Assembly (NCBI GenBank): GCA_045863295.1
Contig: BTWA01000046.1
Span: 1-40,760 of the forward strand
Source: Candidatus Hydrogenedentota bacterium
GTDB taxonomy: Bacteria; Hydrogenedentota; Hydrogenedentia; Hydrogenedentales; SLHB01
Direction of reading: 5' to 3'
Length of the DNA: 40,760 nucleotides
The notes under the pieces are model-generated. The model ran no database searches and was not told the origin of the DNA. It saw only the letters and a list, made by a program, of their open reading frames with translations. Position numbers and translations under genes: made by a program. Every line of letters begins with the position of its first letter. Positions within the stretch are counted from its first letter, which is position 1. Shown one piece after another: positions 28,231-37,285 of the stretch.

Positions 28231-28488
28231 TTAGTCAAATCGAAAATGAACAAACAACCGGCCAAAATTCTTCGAGTCCTTTTCAACCCGGTGATATTGC
28301 GACTTGATGTGTGGCTGCTGCAAAAAACGAAGCACCCGCTTTTTCAGTTGCCCTGATCCCTTACCGGGAATGATCTCCACAGTGCGAATCTTTTTTCGCA
28401 CGGCGTCGTCGATCACGCGCTCTAATTCGCGCTCGATACTCGCGCCCTTGTTGAATATGTCATGCAGGTCCAGGGTGATTTTTGCCAT
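28231..28488 (-). CDS. Standalone Smr (small MutS-related) domain protein
   Basis: LDLHD, VEIIPGKGSGQLKKRVLRFL, NFGR. 85 aa. Confidence 0.88.
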   Translation of the reverse strand: MAKITLDLHDIFNKGASIERELERVIDDAVRKKIRTVEIIPGKGSGQLKKRVLRFLQQPHIKSQYHRVEKDSKNFGRLFVHFRFD

Positions 28489-28492
28489 CGCA

Positions 28493-30670
28493 TCACTTTT
28501 CCACGATAAACCCGTGGTACAACCCCATGTAATACGGAAGAAGGAAGCCTGAACCGTCGGTCAACTCGCGGCCATCGCCGCCATAATCCAACCGCCACGG
28601 ATCGTGATTCCAATGATTTACATTCCGCTCATCGATGGGAAGCACCTTTCCGCCAATCCGATGACCGCGGCCTCCGTCACGTCCAAATCCGCCGGAAAAC
28701 TTCACCAGATCAATTCGGTGGCTGTTCTTAAGTGGCCATTCAATGCGATCCATACGGTAACGTTTAAGCGTGTCCAACGCTTCCTCCAGAATCCCGCCAC
28801 CAATGAACCGGCGTCCGCCGCGAAGATTCTTACCTTCCAGACACGCCGCAAATATGTAATTGAATAACGGACACAACTCAGGAGACTCAAGTTGAAAATA
28901 CATGAACAACGACCGCATATAATACTGCTGCAACTCCGGGTCGTCTTCATAATTCAACAGATTGTAGTACCCCATGAACGCCATTTCGTCGTCGGACTGA
29001 TTGCCGTTTCCAGGACCCATCGCAGTCTTGGGAATCAAGGTGTTCATGGCATATGCGTGGTTGTCAATCAAGTCCCGGTATGCAACTTGATACTTCTCAT
29101 CACCACTCATATGGTAAGCAACTTTCAGATACGAGAGAATACTGATGGAGTTCAACCCCCGCCCGCCGGAAGTCATATCGTAATTGAGAACCTTCGGCCC
29201 GAATTGAGCCCAGCGCGTTGGCGTTCCATCATGATCGACCAACGCATAATCGTGTGCAAGCAGATGGTCGGTGACCGCAAGCGTCGTCTCTCGAACGCGC
29301 GCTTTCTCTTCCTCGGTCTCCGCCACGAGGTCATAGCACAGGGCATACAGAAAATAGTGGCCGTCCAATTCATCCGAACTGGTGTCGGTCTTCCAATACC
29401 ATTTACCGTCCGCACTCACCGGCCAACGGGGCGAGAGAATCTTCCAGCGCGGATCCCGTTCCTGTTTTTGCTTGTCATTCTCTACCGTGTCGTGGTCGTT
29501 GGGGTTGCGGCCATCGATGGGAAGTACGCTTCGTGCAGGAAATCCCGGAGGCGCTGGGTGCTCGCCCCCCTGCGTCACTTCACTCAAAAACCGAAGCGCT
29601 TCAAACGCCTTCATCGCGCGCTCTTTTGCCGTCGGCTCCTTCGTGGCCGCGTAACGAAAGCACTCCGCCGCGCCGTACATGGCCGTCCACAATCCGTCAT
29701 TGTCGCTATCGTGATTGGTTACCTTGCTCTTGTCGCCAGCCTTTTCCAGCCGGGCTTCCAGCACGAACCCATACGGCGTGCGCCGGTTGTATCGGTCCAG
29801 CTCATCGCTGAAATAAGTGGCTTTTTCTTTCAACGTCATGGGCTTTCTCTCAATCAAGCCCACGCCGCCATCCGTTGCAAACCACGCATCGCCTTCTTCA
29901 TCCACAACAATGCTGCGCACATGATCGCCCGGCAACCAGCTCGGACCCTGTCGGTACTCCCAGGTCTTGCCGTCGAACCGGATAGCACCCATGGTCGTGC
30001 CAAACCAGACGACGCCGTCCTCGCCCGCGGCCACTGTGGTGAAATCATTAAAGGGCAGGCCGTCATGTCCCGTGTACAAGGTCCACACGTCACCTTCCAG
30101 GCATCCGACTCCTTCGGGGGAAGCAAACCAGAGGCGGCCTCGGCGGTCATAGGCAACGCCGCGCACATCCACGGGAGCCCAACTGCGTGGACCTGCCATG
30201 GGAAATGCACGAAGCCACTCGTCATCGCCGTCATCGCGTAGGAACAAACCGGACACCGCCGCGACAGCTGCATGCCGGTTGTCGCCGGCAATCGCCCCCT
30301 GCCGCCAATCCCGGTCGTTTAGTTCACCTGCGACCGCAGCCAGCCCTCCTTGCGTGGTCGCCAGCAGGGTCTCAATGTCGCTACGCTCGGACACACCCGG
30401 ATCCGCACTCGCAACCCACGTGCCTCCCTCCAGCCTCGCGGGACCGGCCCCGGTCAAGGCGAACACCGCACCGCCCTTCAGATAGACGCGAGTAACGTCG
30501 TTCGAAGGTAGTCCATCGGCTGTCGTATAGAAGGTGCGCACCTCCTGTGCAAACGTGCCAACCTCGATACCGTCAAATGCAACCGCTTCCTGCGCTGCCG
30601 GTTGAGGCGCCTGGGCTACCCCCGGATGTGCCAGCAACCCTGCACATACCATCGCCAGTGCATATCGCAT
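28493..30670 (-). CDS. Secreted protein: Reg_prop-type beta-propeller repeats + C-terminal helical (glycosidase-like) domain
   Basis: Signal peptide. Repeats DGLPSNDV, DRRGRLWFA, DGLPFND, DGVVWFGT, DEEGDAWFATDGG. Acidic motifs DSDNDGLW, DTSSDE, NQSDDE. Confidence 0.7.
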   Translation of the reverse strand: MRYALAMVCAGLLAHPGVAQAPQPAAQEAVAFDGIEVGTFAQEVRTFYTTADGLPSNDVTRVYLKGGAVFALTGAGPARLEGGTWVASADPGVSERSDIETLLATTQGGLAAVAGELNDRDWRQGAIAGDNRHAAVAAVSGLFLRDDGDDEWLRAFPMAGPRSWAPVDVRGVAYDRRGRLWFASPEGVGCLEGDVWTLYTGHDGLPFNDFTTVAAGEDGVVWFGTTMGAIRFDGKTWEYRQGPSWLPGDHVRSIVVDEEGDAWFATDGGVGLIERKPMTLKEKATYFSDELDRYNRRTPYGFVLEARLEKAGDKSKVTNHDSDNDGLWTAMYGAAECFRYAATKEPTAKERAMKAFEALRFLSEVTQGGEHPAPPGFPARSVLPIDGRNPNDHDTVENDKQKQERDPRWKILSPRWPVSADGKWYWKTDTSSDELDGHYFLYALCYDLVAETEEEKARVRETTLAVTDHLLAHDYALVDHDGTPTRWAQFGPKVLNYDMTSGGRGLNSISILSYLKVAYHMSGDEKYQVAYRDLIDNHAYAMNTLIPKTAMGPGNGNQSDDEMAFMGYYNLLNYEDDPELQQYYMRSLFMYFQLESPELCPLFNYIFAACLEGKNLRGGRRFIGGGILEEALDTLKRYRMDRIEWPLKNSHRIDLVKFSGGFGRDGGRGHRIGGKVLPIDERNVNHWNHDPWRLDYGGDGRELTDGSGFLLPYYMGLYHGFIVEK

Positions 30671-30802
30671 AACAATCGTCCTCCCCGAGTGTGGATAGGC
30701 AGAGCCGGCATTGTAGCGCAAATACAAACGCGCCTCCACGAGAACCAGCGCGATTCAGCCTGATACGCTATTCCCCACTCCAAAACACTGTATTTGCGTC
30801 GC

Positions 30803-30831
30803 TTGCGGACGCTTCCGGGTTCGTGCATACT
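30803..30831 (+). promoter_or_regulatory. Putative sigma70 promoter TTGCGG-17-CATACT for the fliW-csrA-glycosyltransferase operon
   Basis: Hexamers at 30803-30808 and 30826-30831, 36 nt upstream of the fliW ATG. Confidence 0.45.
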
Positions 30832-30867
30832 GGTTCGAGAGCAGGGTACACGGGGTAAACAAGGCGC

Positions 30868-31341
30868 ATGAAGCTGGAAACAACGCGATTTGGAATGCTG
30901 ACAATCGCCGACCAGACGGTGCTGGTCTTTACCCAACCGATTCTTGGATTCCAGGCGTTTCGGCGATTTGTCACTCTGCCCGATCCCGGTGGGGTGCTCA
31001 CATGGCTGCAGTCCGTGGAATCCGGCGAATTGGCGTTTCTGCTGCTGAACCCCCGCGCGGTGATTCCCGATTATCGTGCGGTAATACGCAAGGAAGAATT
31101 GGCGGAGCTGGATGTAACCAGCGTGGATGAACTGGAAGTCTACACGCTGGTGGTCGTGCCCTCCGACCGCAGCCAGGTCCGTACGAATTTGAAAGCCCCG
31201 GTCCTGATAAACCGGAAGAAACGGCTGGCAAAACAGACGATAATGGATGGAGTCGACTACCCCATCCAGTACTACCTTGCGCAAGGCAATCGGGACAAGG
31301 ATGCCCCTGAGGAGGTCAAGAATGCTCGTTCTCACGCGTAA
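30868..31341 (+). CDS. fliW: Flagellar assembly factor FliW (CsrA antagonist)
   Basis: [39 protein letters not shown]. Adjacent to csrA. Confidence 0.93.
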   Translation: MKLETTRFGMLTIADQTVLVFTQPILGFQAFRRFVTLPDPGGVLTWLQSVESGELAFLLLNPRAVIPDYRAVIRKEELAELDVTSVDELEVYTLVVVPSDRSQVRTNLKAPVLINRKKRLAKQTIMDGVDYPIQYYLAQGNRDKDAPEEVKNARSHA

Positions 31342-31543
31342 GGAAAACGAGAGCATCATGATCGGCGACGACGTGTGCATCAAGGTGCTGGACCTCAAGG
31401 AAAACCAAGTCAAGATCGGTATCGTGGCTCCCAAATCCGTCGCCGTGCACCGGCAGGAAGTCTACGACGCCATTAAGGCTGAAAATGCAAAGGCAGCGGC
31501 CGCCCCGCAGATCGGCGATATCGCCGCGCTCATTCCAAGGTAA
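31322..31543 (+). CDS. csrA: Carbon storage regulator CsrA
   Basis: [17 protein letters not shown]...[30 protein letters not shown]-terminal extension EN.KAA as in FliW-partnered CsrAs. Confidence 0.96.
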   Translation: MLVLTRKENESIMIGDDVCIKVLDLKENQVKIGIVAPKSVAVHRQEVYDAIKAENAKAAAAPQIGDIAALIPR

Positions 31544-31558
31544 AAGAACGGTAAGATT

Positions 31559-32185
31559 ATGGATCTGATAGTTGACGGAAACCGTGTGGACGTTACCGGA
31601 GATGCCGCCGCAGGCGTGAAAAGCGTACTCGAAGGTTTGACTAAATTCCTGCGAACGCAAGGCCGCGCCGTCGTAGCCGTCTCCATCGATGGAAAATCCC
31701 TGAACCCATCAGCCCTCGCTGAACATATCGACGTACCCGGCGAGGTGAAAGTGCTCCAGGTATCCAGCGCATCCATCGCCGAAATGGCTGATAACACGCT
31801 GAACGAATTGCACGAAGCACTCACTTCCTTGCCTGCGGCTTGCCGGGATCTGGCCGCCGTGTTTCAAGGCGCAAGTCCCGAAGACGGATTCGATCCATTC
31901 GCCAATCTCGCGTCAATCTGGGGCGATATCAAGAAACGGGAAAACACGGTGATCGGCGTGCTGGACTTGTCACTTGACACGCTCACATTGCAGGGCTCGA
32001 CGCTCGCCTCGCTGCACAACAAACTGAACGAACAGCTCTGCGAGGCGGAACAAGCGCTTAAGGCAAACGACTTTGTCCTGTTGGGCGACCTGCTCGAATA
32101 CGAACTCGCCCCCCGGGCCGAGCAAGAAACCGCCATCGTCGACCTCCTTCACGCGCGCGTACGCGATCGCTTTCCGAAGGCATGA
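31559..32185 (+). CDS. Hypothetical protein with C-terminal helical D-x-V-L-L-x-D-L-L-E-Y-E-L motif
   Basis: 208-aa ORF in the operon. The C-terminal motif resembles small proteins of flagellar glycosylation loci (recalled, not verified). Confidence 0.7.
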   Translation: MDLIVDGNRVDVTGDAAAGVKSVLEGLTKFLRTQGRAVVAVSIDGKSLNPSALAEHIDVPGEVKVLQVSSASIAEMADNTLNELHEALTSLPAACRDLAAVFQGASPEDGFDPFANLASIWGDIKKRENTVIGVLDLSLDTLTLQGSTLASLHNKLNEQLCEAEQALKANDFVLLGDLLEYELAPRAEQETAIVDLLHARVRDRFPKA

Positions 32186-35100
32186 ACGGTCCGAAAGTCC
32201 TGACCTTCAATTTTCACGAACCCTATCTCGTCCTCATGGCCAAGACGGGGTATCCCATCACGGTCGGCTTGTACGAGGAACCGCCCCTCGCTCGAACATG
32301 GCAAACCAAATTCCGCCCAGTTCCCCCGAACATCACGTTTCTCGACGAGAAACAATGGCGTGCCGATCTGGCCTCCGGACGGTTTGACGTCGTGGTCGCG
32401 CAAAATGAAATGAATGCGATTACCCTGCTCGGCTCGAAAACGCCAGCCGTCCTCGTCATGCATAACCGCCGCAACTTTCTTGAAACCACGCTATCCGGCG
32501 ACATGAAGAGTGCCTTGAGTCGCTACAACAATTTGTTGGAACGGCTTCAATCCGAATTCAACTTCGTTTACATCTCCGAATCCAAAAAGAAAAGCTATGG
32601 CATGCCGGGAACTGTCATTCCCCCGGGAATCGATGTGGAAGAATACGGAGGCTATACTGGAGAAACGCCAGAAGTACTGCGCGTCGGAAACGCAATGCGG
32701 TCAAGAAATCTGATGTTTGACGTGGACTTCCAGGATCGCGTCGTGGAGGGATTTCCAAACCGGGTAGTCGGCGAAGATGCATTGATGCCCGAGGCAACCC
32801 CGTCTTCCTCGTTTGATCAGCTTCTCAGCCTCTATCGTTCATTACGATGCTTATTGCACGTTACCCGCGAAGCCTATGAAGACGGGTATAATCTGTCCAC
32901 GCTCGAGGCCATGGCGTGTGGTATGCCGGTAGTGTCGCTGGCCAACGCGACCTCGCCGATATCGGACGGTCTCGACGGTTTTGCATCCGGCGACGCGAAT
33001 GATTTGCGAAGGCGCATTGAGGAATTGCTCGGTGATCGCGATTGGGCCAGGGAACTGGGCTCGCGCGGACGAGAAACAGTGGCCCGCAAATTTCCGATTC
33101 AGGCATTTGTCGATCGATGGCGAGCCACACTCGATGAAGCAGCACAGAGACGCGGGAAAAGTATGCGAACGAAACCTGACAGACACCCCAAGGAACAAAC
33201 CATCGAAGTCCCCCGATTGGGGATTCTCATGTCGTACATACCCACACCCATTACAACCGCGCGGTATTGCGAAACCGCCTTGCGCCGCTACCACAACGTT
33301 GTCACCACCGGACGGCCTGTTACGCCAGATCTGCTGGAAAAATGGGGCTTCACCGGCACACCTCCCTCCATGCCATCACCCGACATACTCAGGTCCGCGG
33401 CGGACTCCTATGAAGCCGTACTGGCAAAACTGCCGGAGGGGTTTCAGCCAAACATCTTCCTCTGGTTTGATACCGGCATGGAAATCATCGGAAACGAAGT
33501 AGAATCACTCAAAATGCCGCGCGTCTGCTACATCGTGGATTCGCACCTGGGACAAAACAGCCGCATAGAAATGGCAAAGCGGTTTAACTTCACGTTTGTG
33601 GCGCAAAAAACTTCCGTCGAAATCTATGCACAGGCCGGCGTGCACAACGTCGCCTGGCTTCCACTGGCGTGCTCGCGCGACTTGCACGATATCGACGAAC
33701 AACCCAGAAACCTCGACGTCGCCTATGTCGGCGCAATGGGCGAACCGGACAGACGAAGACACAAACTTCTCGACCACGTAAGGGCGAAACATCCAAATTC
33801 GTTCATCGGCCGGGCGTGGCCGGAGGAAATGGCGAAAATCTACGCCCAGGCCAAAATCGTCGTAAATGTCAATGCTAACGGTGATTTGAACATGCGTGTA
33901 TTCGAGGCGATGGCCTCAGGCGCCTTGCTCGTTACCGATCCAGCAGATGGCCTCGAAGACTTGTTCCAGGACGGCGAACACATGGTCGTCTACCGTAACG
34001 ACGATGCATTATTGAACATCATCCAGGAATACCTGGCAGACGACAAAAAACGGGAACGCATAGCGGCCGCGGGCAAGCAACTCGTCCACGAGCAACACAA
34101 CTACGATGTGCGAATGACCCAAATGGCCTTCACCATTTTGGAGGCCGGCGGTGCACTGGGCGGCTACCAGGGTGAGTCGCGGTTCAATTACGGCGGCTAC
34201 TACTGCGCACCAAGACCCGAACTCGCCGCACTCGTGCCGGCCGAAGCACGGATTATTCTGGACTGCGGCTGCGGAGGTGGAGAACTCGGTCGATTGCTGA
34301 AACAGCGCGGCGCACAAGAAGTAGTGGGCATTGAGATCGTCGAAAAAGCATGGCGCATCGCTCGAAGAAATCTCGACGATGCCCTGTTAGGCAGCGTCGA
34401 GGAAATGGAACTGCCCTACGAAGATGAACACTTCGACTGCATTATCTTCGGCGATGTTCTTGAACACCTCGTGGATCCGACCGCCGTACTTCGAAAGGTC
34501 TCCCGAGTATTAAAGCCTGGAGGATCTATCTGCATAAGCATTCCAAACGTGCGCTTCTGGCAGGTGGTCGAAATGCACGCAAACGGCCGATGGCAATATG
34601 AAGATGCGGGCATCATGGATCGCACCCATCTTCGCTTCTTTTGTGCGCCGGAAATTCAGGCCATGGTGCAGAACGCAGGCCTGGAAATTGACGTATTCCG
34701 CCCCCTCAGCATGTGGCCGCCAGACCAACTGCCGCGCGACAAGGACGGCTATCTGCGACTGAATCGAGTCACCATCGGACCCATAGACGATGCCGAATAC
34801 CAAGACTTCCTCGTGTATCAATACGGAGTTGTCGCAGTGAAACCCGCAGGCGACTCGCTCGAACTCGCGCGGCAGGCCCTGGAAGCAAAGGAATTCGAAA
34901 AGGCCTACGAACTGGCCGAAAAAGCGCGTACATCCCAACCCGCTGATCGCTCCATTGTGATGGGGTTGGCACTCGCGAAACTGGGCCAACTCGATAGGGC
35001 TGAAAAACGTTACCGGGAAGCGCTGACAGCCGCACCCGACCGATTGGATGCCCAGACTGAACTCGGGATCGTGCTCGTCGCGCAAAACCGGCCGCGCGAA

Positions 35101-35490
35101 GCGGTCGAAATCCTGGAACGCGTCGTATCCCACGCCCCCAACGACGACCGCGCCCAGGGAGCCCTGGGACTCGCCTTTATTGCGGAAAACCGGCACGAAG
35201 CCGCACTGCCAAGGCTCCAGCGCTCCCTCGAATTGAAGTTCGACAACGAACCGTTGCTGCGGCAGTTGATTCAGTGTGCAGAATCGCTCCAACGCCTTCA
35301 GGTTGCCGAACCCGCATTGCGCAGGTTCGTCGAATTCTTCCCGGGCAACCTCGATATGGGCATTACCTACGCACGGCTCTTGCTCCGCATTGGCCATTCC
35401 ACGGAAGCTCGTGAACGAATTGAAATGATTCTGCTCTTTGCCCCGGATCATGCCGGAGCACGTGATTTGGCTCGCGAACTGAATGGATAG
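32182..35490 (+). CDS. Multidomain glycosyltransferase: GT4-like + CgeB-like GT + class I SAM methyltransferase + TPR
   Basis: YNLSTLEAMACGMPVV, DLNMRVFEAMASGALLVTD, ILDCGCGGG/FGDVLEHL/DRTHLRFF and C-terminal TPR helices. Confidence 0.9.
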   Translation: MNGPKVLTFNFHEPYLVLMAKTGYPITVGLYEEPPLARTWQTKFRPVPPNITFLDEKQWRADLASGRFDVVVAQNEMNAITLLGSKTPAVLVMHNRRNFLETTLSGDMKSALSRYNNLLERLQSEFNFVYISESKKKSYGMPGTVIPPGIDVEEYGGYTGETPEVLRVGNAMRSRNLMFDVDFQDRVVEGFPNRVVGEDALMPEATPSSSFDQLLSLYRSLRCLLHVTREAYEDGYNLSTLEAMACGMPVVSLANATSPISDGLDGFASGDANDLRRRIEELLGDRDWARELGSRGRETVARKFPIQAFVDRWRATLDEAAQRRGKSMRTKPDRHPKEQTIEVPRLGILMSYIPTPITTARYCETALRRYHNVVTTGRPVTPDLLEKWGFTGTPPSMPSPDILRSAADSYEAVLAKLPEGFQPNIFLWFDTGMEIIGNEVESLKMPRVCYIVDSHLGQNSRIEMAKRFNFTFVAQKTSVEIYAQAGVHNVAWLPLACSRDLHDIDEQPRNLDVAYVGAMGEPDRRRHKLLDHVRAKHPNSFIGRAWPEEMAKIYAQAKIVVNVNANGDLNMRVFEAMASGALLVTDPADGLEDLFQDGEHMVVYRNDDALLNIIQEYLADDKKRERIAAAGKQLVHEQHNYDVRMTQMAFTILEAGGALGGYQGESRFNYGGYYCAPRPELAALVPAEARIILDCGCGGGELGRLLKQRGAQEVVGIEIVEKAWRIARRNLDDALLGSVEEMELPYEDEHFDCIIFGDVLEHLVDPTAVLRKVSRVLKPGGSICISIPNVRFWQVVEMHANGRWQYEDAGIMDRTHLRFFCAPEIQAMVQNAGLEIDVFRPLSMWPPDQLPRDKDGYLRLNRVTIGPIDDAEYQDFLVYQYGVVAVKPAGDSLELARQALEAKEFEKAYELAEKARTSQPADRSIVMGLALAKLGQLDRAEKRYREALTAAPDRLDAQTELGIVLVAQNRPREAVEILERVVSHAPNDDRAQGALGLAFIAENRHEAALPRLQRSLELKFDNEPLLRQLIQCAESLQRLQVAEPALRRFVEFFPGNLDMGITYARLLLRIGHSTEARERIEMILLFAPDHAGARDLARELNG

Positions 35491-35497
35491 CTAAAAT

Positions 35498-37285
35498 ATG
35501 GTAACTGGGACGCACCCATTTACAGCATGGCGCGCGCGGTCAAAGGACGCCGCACTGCCCGAAGGCATCGAGATCGTAACGGGCCGGTCAGGCGCACCAA
35601 CACTCAAAGTGCGCGGCGTGCTGATGCACAGTCAATACAACCCTCGTGAAGAAGCAGCACGCTTCGTTGACTCACTCCAATTGGAACTGGACAAACCGGT
35701 TGCCGTGGTCGGGCTCGGCCTCGGATACCATGTTCTTGAACTCACCAGACGCGGCCATACTGTCGCTGTGTTCGAACCAGATATCGGAGTCGCCATTGCA
35801 GCCTGCCAGGTTGTCACCGGCGAAACAGACTTTGACTTAACCGTCGGATCACCTGACTTCAAAAGCGATGTATTGGCCGGAAAAGAGTGGAGGAATAGCC
35901 AATGGATCGTGCATCCGGCAACCGCCAGACTCCATCCCAACTATGTGTCCGAATGCCAAAACGCGGTAGCAGCGGCGTCACTCTCTGGCCAACGCCTGAA
36001 CATTGCCGTAGTCGGACCCATGTACGGGGGCTCGCTCCCTATCGCCGAATTCCTCGCCCGTGCATTCGCGCGCCTCGGCCATCGCGTAAAGTACATCGAG
36101 AATTCCGAAGCATGGCCGCTCTACCAGACCATCGACCACAGCCTACACGGCAGCAAACCGGCGGGACAGCTCAACGCCATGCTGGTCAACCTCGTGTCGG
36201 AATGGACTTATGCACGGGTAATCGAGTTTCGGGCCGATATTTGTATCGCTCTGGCACAAGCACCGCTCAAACCGGATTTTCCCAAAAGGCTGCGAGACGC
36301 CGGCATCGTCTCCGCATTCTGGTACGTGGAAAACTGGCGCCACCTGCCCTATTGGGGCGACATCTGCGCACATTACGACGCCTTCTTCCACATTCAACCC
36401 GGTACGTTTGAAACCAGGCTTCACAACGCCGGGTGCCCACTGCAAGCCGTCGTGCTCACCGGTTGCGACCCGGAGATCCATGCACCCATTCAGATCGACC
36501 CAGCAGAAAATGCCGAGTATTCCTGCGACATATCCTTCGCGGGAGCAGGATATCCAAATCGAAATCGGTTGCTGTCCGGCCTGACGGACCAAAAGCTGAA
36601 AATTTGGGGAGTCAACTGGACCGCCCGCGAAATCCTCCCTTTCGTGCAACATCCCGAACAGCGATTTACCCCATCCATGTTTGCAAAAATTGTGGCCGGT
36701 TCAAAGATCAACCTCAATCTGCATTCAAGTACGGCCAGCGAGGGGGTCGATGCGGAATGCGATGCAATTAATCCCCGCGTCTTTGAAATCGCCGCATGCG
36801 GTGGATTCCAACTATGCGACCCCTGCAAAGGATTGGACGGCTGCTTCGATACCGAATTGGAGATTCCAACGTACAGTTCGCTTCCGGATCTGCGAGAGAA
36901 GATCGCATACTTTTTGAACCACCCGAAAGAACGGGAGGACATGGCGAAGCGCGCCCGCAAACGAGCCTTGCAGGATCACTCGTACGACCGGCGCGCACAG
37001 CAAATGCTCGACATACTGCTGCCGCGATACGCTTCCCGAATGCTTGCAAAAGGCATATTGAAACAATGCACAATAGAAGAAATCCTGCGCCGGATTGAAA
37101 ACAACTCGCCTCTGGCAGAATTCCTCGCGACCCTGCCGCCACAAACCCCGTTCACGCAGGAAGCAATCAATGAACATCTGACCACGTCGGGTATAACGCC
37201 GGACCACGCGCAAGCACTATTCCTATACTTAAAAGACATGCGGGACGCCGCTGAAAGTCTGCTTGCGGAATTCGAGAACGCATGA
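35498..37285 (+). CDS. CgeB-family glycosyltransferase with Maf-like N-terminal domain
   Basis: N-terminal LMHSQYNPREEA...VVGLGLGYHV...VFEPD. C-terminal SFAGAGYPNR, KINLNLHSS, INPRVFEIAACGGFQL, HSYDRR. Confidence 0.85.
   Translation: MVTGTHPFTAWRARSKDAALPEGIEIVTGRSGAPTLKVRGVLMHSQYNPREEAARFVDSLQLELDKPVAVVGLGLGYHVLELTRRGHTVAVFEPDIGVAIAACQVVTGETDFDLTVGSPDFKSDVLAGKEWRNSQWIVHPATARLHPNYVSECQNAVAAASLSGQRLNIAVVGPMYGGSLPIAEFLARAFARLGHRVKYIENSEAWPLYQTIDHSLHGSKPAGQLNAMLVNLVSEWTYARVIEFRADICIALAQAPLKPDFPKRLRDAGIVSAFWYVENWRHLPYWGDICAHYDAFFHIQPGTFETRLHNAGCPLQAVVLTGCDPEIHAPIQIDPAENAEYSCDISFAGAGYPNRNRLLSGLTDQKLKIWGVNWTAREILPFVQHPEQRFTPSMFAKIVAGSKINLNLHSSTASEGVDAECDAINPRVFEIAACGGFQLCDPCKGLDGCFDTELEIPTYSSLPDLREKIAYFLNHPKEREDMAKRARKRALQDHSYDRRAQQMLDILLPRYASRMLAKGILKQCTIEEILRRIENNSPLAEFLATLPPQTPFTQEAINEHLTTSGITPDHAQALFLYLKDMRDAAESLLAEFENA

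Noticed and set aside
30740..30867. Sigma54 or sigma28 flagellar promoter upstream of fliW
   Set aside because: No TGGCAC-N5-TTGC or TAAA-N15-GCCGATAA match was seen.
30616..31434. 272-aa minus-strand ORF
   Set aside because: It is antisense to the well-supported fliW and csrA.
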